In this document: positions 58,331 through 64,000 of the stretch, piece by piece
How the letters are laid out: each line of letters begins with the position of its first letter
Numbering within the stretch: position 1 is the first letter of the stretch
Source of the DNA: Candidatus Cloacimonadales bacterium
GTDB lineage: Bacteria; Cloacimonadota; Cloacimonadia; Cloacimonadales; JAFGVF01
NCBI GenBank assembly: GCA_963677495.2
Contig: CAXXOU010000004.1
Coordinates: forward strand, 256,001 to 320,000
Direction: 5' to 3'
Length of the DNA stretch: 64,000 nucleotides
The notes under the pieces: model-generated
Told to the model about the DNA's origin: nothing
The model's database searches: none
Seen by the model: only the letters and a program-made list of their open reading frames with translations
Program-made: the position numbers and the translations under genes

Positions 58331-61300
58331 ATGAAGCAAACTGATTTATACAATGATGATATAGCACTATTAAAGAGATTCTATGACAATTCTCCTGCTG
58401 CTACAAAAGTACTTAACGATATTGGTGAGATAGTCTACATAAACAAAGCTTATACAGCCATGTGGGGTATCCAGCTTAATGATGTTAAGAAGCTTATAAA
58501 GAATCAAGATTATAAATCAATAAGATCTGTAGTTAATGAGTATATAACAAAAGCTATTAATGGTGAAACAATAGTACTTGATCCTGCTCATTGTGTTAAT
58601 CCCAAAGATTCCAATCAAAGTTATTGGGTAAGAACTTTGATTTTTGCTATTGATAGTTGCATTCAGGGAGTCAAGTTGGTTGTGATAAAGCAGATAGATG
58701 CTACTCATGAAGTGAAAAAAGAGGAACGTGTTAAGTTTAATGAAGAAAGGTTTAAAGCCCTTTATAATCACGCACCGATACCATATCAATCATGCAATGA
58801 CGAGGGAGTGATCATTGATGTTAATCCTGCTTGGTTAGAAACTCTAGGTTATGATTTGGATGAAGTTGTAGGGCATAGTTTTATTGAGTTTGTTCATGCT
58901 GATTACATTGATCAGTATCAGTCTTTGTATCCGGAATTTATGAAACAAGGTTTCTTTAACCATATACTTTTCAAACTTAAGCATAAGCATGGACATTATA
59001 TTGATGTACTATATCAAGGAAGAGTAGGCTATGATACTGTAGGCAAATTCATGCAATCATATTGTGTTTTTCAGGATGTAACACAACAGATTCAAACAGA
59101 AAAGCTTCTCCATGAAGAGGAGAGAAAGAATGCATCGATGCTTTCTAATTTACCGGGACTAGTTTTTCGTTGTAAAGCTGATCAGGAATGGACTATGTTC
59201 TATCTTAGTGAAGGTTGTGAAGCTTTAACAGGATATAAAGCTGAAAAATTGTTACAAAATAAGGAGTTGAGCTATAATTCGATAATCCATCCTAAAGATA
59301 AAGGTAAGGTTAGAGAGATAGTCTCTACTGCAATCACTTCTGAACCTCATTATGAAATTGAATATCGGATTATTACCTGTAAGGGAGCTGTAAAATGGGT
59401 TTGGGAGAAGGGCTTCTGCAATCAAACAAATGATGAAATGATTCTTGAAGGCTTTATAACCGATATAAGTGATAAAGTAACATACAGAAAACAGCTTGAG
59501 AAAGATGAAATTCAATTAATTGCAATTCTTGATACGTTCCCACACTATGTTTGGGTCAAGGATTCTGATGGTATATTTATTGCCTGTAATAGAAAATTCG
59601 AGGATATCTACGGTGCAAAAAGAGAGGAGATAATTGGTAAAACAGATTATGATTTTGTACCCAAAGAAAAAGCAGATTATTATCGTGAAATCGATAACAA
59701 AGCTCTAGAATTAGGTAGTTCTGTGTTAGTTAGAGAAGATGCATATAAAGCTTCAACGAATGAGATAGTAGAGTTTGAAACATTTAAGTCTCCACTAAGA
59801 GACAGTAAAGGAAAGCTAATAGGAGTTCTTGGAGTTGGTACAGATATAACCGATAGGCTTATTGCGCAAGCAGACCTTATTGAGAGTAGGCAACAGATAA
59901 ATGCAATTTTTGATGATCAGGTTACATTTCTTGGTGTAGTAGACCTTGAAGGTAATATTATTGATTGTAATCAAACAAGTCTTGATTTCTTCAAGTGTAG
60001 CCGAGAAGACGTTATAGGTAAAAATCTATTGGACACTCCTTGGAATACATGTTGTATGGAAGAAAGTGAGGATTTCTTCATTAAACTAGATAAAGTTAAG
60101 AAAGGAATCCCTGTAAACTATACAATTAGATTTCTTATAAATTCAGGTGAAGTTCATTTTCATAACATCTCGATTAGACCAATCAAGAATGAGGCAGGTG
60201 AAGTTTATCGATTCTTGGTTGAAGGTATTGATACAACAGAACAAAGGTTAGTAGCAGAACAGCTTCGTCTAAGTGAAAAACGATATATCAAGACACAAGA
60301 ACTTGGTCATGTTGGTAGTTGGGAATTCAATTTAATAACAAAAGAGTTCTGGGGGTCACAAGAGACGAAAAGAATTTATGGACTTGATTCGGAAACAAAT
60401 TGTAATGATGGCAAGCTTGTAAAGTCTACTATAGTTGATACTAAACTCGTAGACAATGCATTGAAAAGTCTAATAGAGAATAATGCACCTTATGATGCAG
60501 TGTTTGAATTAAAACCTCTAGATAGAGATGAGACAAGAAAAGTTCATTCAGTAGCAGAACTAGAAATGGATGACAATGGAATGCCAGTTAAGATTGTTGG
60601 TTCAATACATGATATTACTGAGTTGATTAAAGCTCAAGAAGAGATTAGAAAAACCAAGCAAAGACTAGAATTGGCTACTGATTCAGCTAGTATTGGAATT
60701 TGGGAATTAGACTTAGTCAATGATTTCCTCGTTTGGGATGATAGAATGTTTGAAATTTATGGTGTGGAGAAAAATCAGTTTAAAAACTGCTATAAAGATT
60801 GGGAAAATTCATTACATCCGGAAGACATTGATAAAACAATAACAGCATTTAACCTTGCTCTAAAAACTGGTAAATTTGAAACGGAATTTCGAATTATACG
60901 TAATAAAAATGAAGTTAGACATATTGCAGCTACAGCAACATATATAATGAAAAATGAAAAACCTATAGCAATGATTGGTGCAAATATTGATATCTCAGAA
61001 CAAAAAGCTAATGAGAGGAAAATTGACCTGTACAAGAAGCATTTAGAAACATTAGTTGATGCACGTACAAAGGAGTTGTTAGAAGCAAATAGAGAATTGG
61101 AAAGTTTCTCGTATTCAATCTCACATGACCTTAGAGCACCTCTAAGAGCAATTATTGGTTTCTGTAGCATTCTAAATGAAGGTTATTCTAGTGTCTTAGA
61201 TGAAGAAGGCATAAGATTATTGTCTGTTGTATCTGATAATGCTAAGATTATGAATCAATTGATTTCTGATATTCTGAATCTTTCCAGAATAACCAGGAAA

Positions 61301-61771
61301 GAAATGGTTAAACACAATTGTAATATGAATATAATAATCTCTGAATGCCTTGAAATGCTTAAACGAGAGAACGATATAGATGATTACGAGATTATAATTC
61401 ACGATTTAATTGAAGCAAAATGTGACAAAACGTCAATTCGATTAGTATGGAAAAACCTAATTGAAAATGCAATTAAATATAGCTCGAAATCTAAAGTAAA
61501 AAAGATTGAGATAACATCTTTTAAGGAAGATGATAGAATCATTTATCAGATTCAGGATTGGGGTGCTGGTTTCGATTCTAAATACGTAGACAAATTATTT
61601 GGAGTTTTCCAAAGATTGCATAAAATTGACCAATATCCAGGTACTGGAGTGGGGTTAGCATTATGTAAGAGAGTTATTAACAAACATAATGGGAAAATCA
61701 GAGCAAAAGGTGAGATTAATGCAGGAGCAACTTTCCAGTTCTTTCTTCCGATACTTAGTATAAATGCGTAG
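58331..61771 (+). CDS. Cytoplasmic multi-PAS sensor histidine kinase
   Basis: About 7 PAS/PAC repeats; FSYSISHDLRAPLR H-box; NLIENAIKY, DWGAGF, GTGVGL. Confidence 0.93.
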   Translation: MKQTDLYNDDIALLKRFYDNSPAATKVLNDIGEIVYINKAYTAMWGIQLNDVKKLIKNQDYKSIRSVVNEYITKAINGETIVLDPAHCVNPKDSNQSYWVRTLIFAIDSCIQGVKLVVIKQIDATHEVKKEERVKFNEERFKALYNHAPIPYQSCNDEGVIIDVNPAWLETLGYDLDEVVGHSFIEFVHADYIDQYQSLYPEFMKQGFFNHILFKLKHKHGHYIDVLYQGRVGYDTVGKFMQSYCVFQDVTQQIQTEKLLHEEERKNASMLSNLPGLVFRCKADQEWTMFYLSEGCEALTGYKAEKLLQNKELSYNSIIHPKDKGKVREIVSTAITSEPHYEIEYRIITCKGAVKWVWEKGFCNQTNDEMILEGFITDISDKVTYRKQLEKDEIQLIAILDTFPHYVWVKDSDGIFIACNRKFEDIYGAKREEIIGKTDYDFVPKEKADYYREIDNKALELGSSVLVREDAYKASTNEIVEFETFKSPLRDSKGKLIGVLGVGTDITDRLIAQADLIESRQQINAIFDDQVTFLGVVDLEGNIIDCNQTSLDFFKCSREDVIGKNLLDTPWNTCCMEESEDFFIKLDKVKKGIPVNYTIRFLINSGEVHFHNISIRPIKNEAGEVYRFLVEGIDTTEQRLVAEQLRLSEKRYIKTQELGHVGSWEFNLITKEFWGSQETKRIYGLDSETNCNDGKLVKSTIVDTKLVDNALKSLIENNAPYDAVFELKPLDRDETRKVHSVAELEMDDNGMPVKIVGSIHDITELIKAQEEIRKTKQRLELATDSASIGIWELDLVNDFLVWDDRMFEIYGVEKNQFKNCYKDWENSLHPEDIDKTITAFNLALKTGKFETEFRIIRNKNEVRHIAATATYIMKNEKPIAMIGANIDISEQKANERKIDLYKKHLETLVDARTKELLEANRELESFSYSISHDLRAPLRAIIGFCSILNEGYSSVLDEEGIRLLSVVSDNAKIMNQLISDILNLSRITRKEMVKHNCNMNIIISECLEMLKRENDIDDYEIIIHDLIEAKCDKTSIRLVWKNLIENAIKYSSKSKVKKIEITSFKEDDRIIYQIQDWGAGFDSKYVDKLFGVFQRLHKIDQYPGTGVGLALCKRVINKHNGKIRAKGEINAGATFQFFLPILSINA

Positions 61772-61899
61772 TTGTAAATAAACTTAATTCACAGATTATT
61801 GATATGAATGTTTTAAAAGGCAAAAATGTATGTACAGTTTCTGAGTTTGCGGTTAATTTATACTTAGGAAGAGAACATCCTGAAATATATCTATGTCCT

Positions 61900-61971
61900 A
61901 TTAGTGCTATTGGAGAGATTGATAAAGGTGCAACAATAAAGTTCACACTTCCAATAAATAGTATGGGATAA
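61900..61971 (+). pseudogene. Remnant of a HATPase C-terminus
   Basis: Translates ISAIGEIDKGATIKFTLPI, resembling IRAKGEINAGATFQFFLPI of the upstream kinase. Confidence 0.5.
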
Positions 61972-62093
61972 TATTTTTGTATGTGTTGAAACCTTATATA
62001 TTATAGATAATAACAGTGTATGATAATTTTTCTTAGAAGTTATAATTTGAAAACAGTATTGAAGCTATATGATACATTAAATTAGGAGCTATA

Positions 62094-64000
62094 ATGGCTA
62101 ATGAACTCGGCAATCAACATTTTGAGATGATGTTTGGTCTCTCTCCTATTTCAACTAAAGTTGTAGATAAGGACAAGAGAATTGTTTATGTTAATGATGC
62201 TTATACTAAGATGTGGGGATTAAATCTTGAGAATGCTAAAAAGCTTAAATCTTCCGACATAGCTTCCACGGAAAGATGTAATCTGTATTCATTATATGAT
62301 AGAGTTTTGAATGGAGAAGTTTTAACAACATCTATAATATACTGTAAAGTAGAAGGGATCGTTAAGAAAGACTTATGGGTACAATCTCATCTATATCCAA
62401 TAGTTTCTGATGATATTAATTATATAGTTGTAATTCAGTATGACATCACCAAACGTAAACAAGAAGAGCTTAAGACCCAAGAGAAGAAGGAGATGTTCCA
62501 GGCTCTATATGAAAATGCACCGTTACCATACCAATCGTTAAACGAAAATGGAACATTTAGAGATGTAAATCCAGCTTGGTTAAAGACTTTGGGGTATACT
62601 CGTGAGGAAGTAATTGGCAAATACTATAAAGATTTTCTTCACCCGGATTGGCAGTCTCATTTTGAGAAGAACTTCCCTGCTTTTAAGGCAAAAGGGTATG
62701 TTCATAATGTACAGTTCAAGATTAGACATAAAGATGGTCATTTTCTAGACATATCATTCGAAGGCTGCATTGGTTATAATCCTGATGGCTCATTTAGAGA
62801 AACTTACTGTGTTTTCCAGGATATTACTCAAAGAAACCTGGCTGAATCTAAGTTGCATGAAGCAATAAGGAAGACAAATACCTTAATAAATAATCTTCCG
62901 GGTATTGTTTATCGATGTAATAATACTAAAAGATGGACGATGGAATTTATGAAGGGTGGATGTGAGGATTTAACAGGTTATAAATGCGAGGATATAATTC
63001 AAGATAATGTTATCTCATTTGGTGAATTGATATACCCTGATGATATAGAAAAAGTGTGGAATACTGTTCAAAAAGGAGTCAACAATCATCTAAGGTATGA
63101 AGTTGAGTACAGAATTATCACGAAAAGTGGTGAGATTAAATGGGTTTGGGAACGTGGTGTTTGCGTAGATTACTGTGATAAGAGTGAAAAAAAACTTGAA
63201 GGATTTATTACTGATGTTACTGATCGAGTATTAGCAAGAAAGAGAATTGAGGAAAGTAAAGGTCAGCTAAATACACTTATAAATACACTACCCGATTATA
63301 TATGGTTAAAGAACATTAAAGGTGTTTACTTATCATGTAATAGACTCTTTGAAGAGTTCTTTGGTGCTAAAGAATCTGACATTGTAGGTAATACAGACTA
63401 TGACTTTGTTGACAAAGAATTGGCTGATTTCTTCCGGATGAATGATAAAGTTGCAATGGCAAAGGGAAGCCCTTCTGTGAATGAAGAGGTTGTCGTTAGG
63501 GCTGTTGATGGGGAAAAAGTACTTTTAGAGACTGTAAAAACACCAATGTATGGTGTTGATGGGAATCTTATTGGGGTGCTTGGCATTGGGCATGATATCA
63601 CAGAAAAAAAGCGTATTGAAAATGAGCTTTTGGAGAAAAAAAGGCAGATTCAAGCTATCTTCGATGATCCTTCTACTTTTATTGGTATACTTGATACTAA
63701 AGGCCTTATGATTGATTGTAATAAAATTGCATTAGATTTTATCAATAGAGACATATCTGATGTTTTTGAAGTTCCTTTTGTCGATACCCCATGGTGGATT
63801 AACAATTACGAAGGTAGGAAGAGACTAGCAGAGGCTATTTCAAAGGCTAAGAATGGTTTGTCTGACCATTTTGAGTCTATATTAAAGGGTGCAAAAGGAG
63901 AAAATAAATATATAAATGTCTCTATAAGACCAATCAGAAATCAAGACGGTGAAGTTTATAAACTATTAGCAGAAGGACAAGATGTAACTGAGAAGAGGTT
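62094..64000 (+). CDS. Multi-PAS protein, paralog of 58331..61771 (runs off the window)
   Basis: AGGAG then ATG at 62094; reading frame continues to the edge; ALYENAPLPYQS, DVNPAWL, NLPGIVYRC and KWVWERG parallel the upstream kinase. Confidence 0.88.
   Translation, partial: MANELGNQHFEMMFGLSPISTKVVDKDKRIVYVNDAYTKMWGLNLENAKKLKSSDIASTERCNLYSLYDRVLNGEVLTTSIIYCKVEGIVKKDLWVQSHLYPIVSDDINYIVVIQYDITKRKQEELKTQEKKEMFQALYENAPLPYQSLNENGTFRDVNPAWLKTLGYTREEVIGKYYKDFLHPDWQSHFEKNFPAFKAKGYVHNVQFKIRHKDGHFLDISFEGCIGYNPDGSFRETYCVFQDITQRNLAESKLHEAIRKTNTLINNLPGIVYRCNNTKRWTMEFMKGGCEDLTGYKCEDIIQDNVISFGELIYPDDIEKVWNTVQKGVNNHLRYEVEYRIITKSGEIKWVWERGVCVDYCDKSEKKLEGFITDVTDRVLARKRIEESKGQLNTLINTLPDYIWLKNIKGVYLSCNRLFEEFFGAKESDIVGNTDYDFVDKELADFFRMNDKVAMAKGSPSVNEEVVVRAVDGEKVLLETVKTPMYGVDGNLIGVLGIGHDITEKKRIENELLEKKRQIQAIFDDPSTFIGILDTKGLMIDCNKIALDFINRDISDVFEVPFVDTPWWINNYEGRKRLAEAISKAKNGLSDHFESILKGAKGENKYINVSIRPIRNQDGEVYKLLAEGQDVTEKR

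Overview
Low-GC chromosomal window, probably from Candidatus Cloacimonadota or a related FCB-group lineage. This is inferred from FlgD-Ig/T9SS-like C-terminal sorting domains and a C25 gingipain-like protease, not from a marker gene. Housekeeping content: four tRNAs (His, Arg, Met, fMet), mscS, nadC, gmhA, LPS glycosyltransferases, a stand-alone EF-G, and tandem PAS histidine kinases. Accessory systems: (1) an apparently intact IS110 element whose ends, circle-junction promoter and bridge RNA target/donor guides can be read from the sequence, with a GT/AT core mismatch; (2) a complete compact type II-C CRISPR-Cas9 locus (cas9-cas1-cas2, 17 repeats, tracrRNA) bracketed by a 25-bp direct repeat; (3) a PARIS-like ATPase + TOPRIM pair; (4) a 3,384-aa adhesin with a type B T9SS-like CTD followed by a PorP/SprF-like barrel fused to LysM domains; (5) a 185-bp dispersed non-coding element, present twice, made of two opposed arrays of CACTG cores at 11-bp spacing, which I cannot assign to any known family. 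Two genes carry single-base frameshifts. All calls were made by eye, without database searches.
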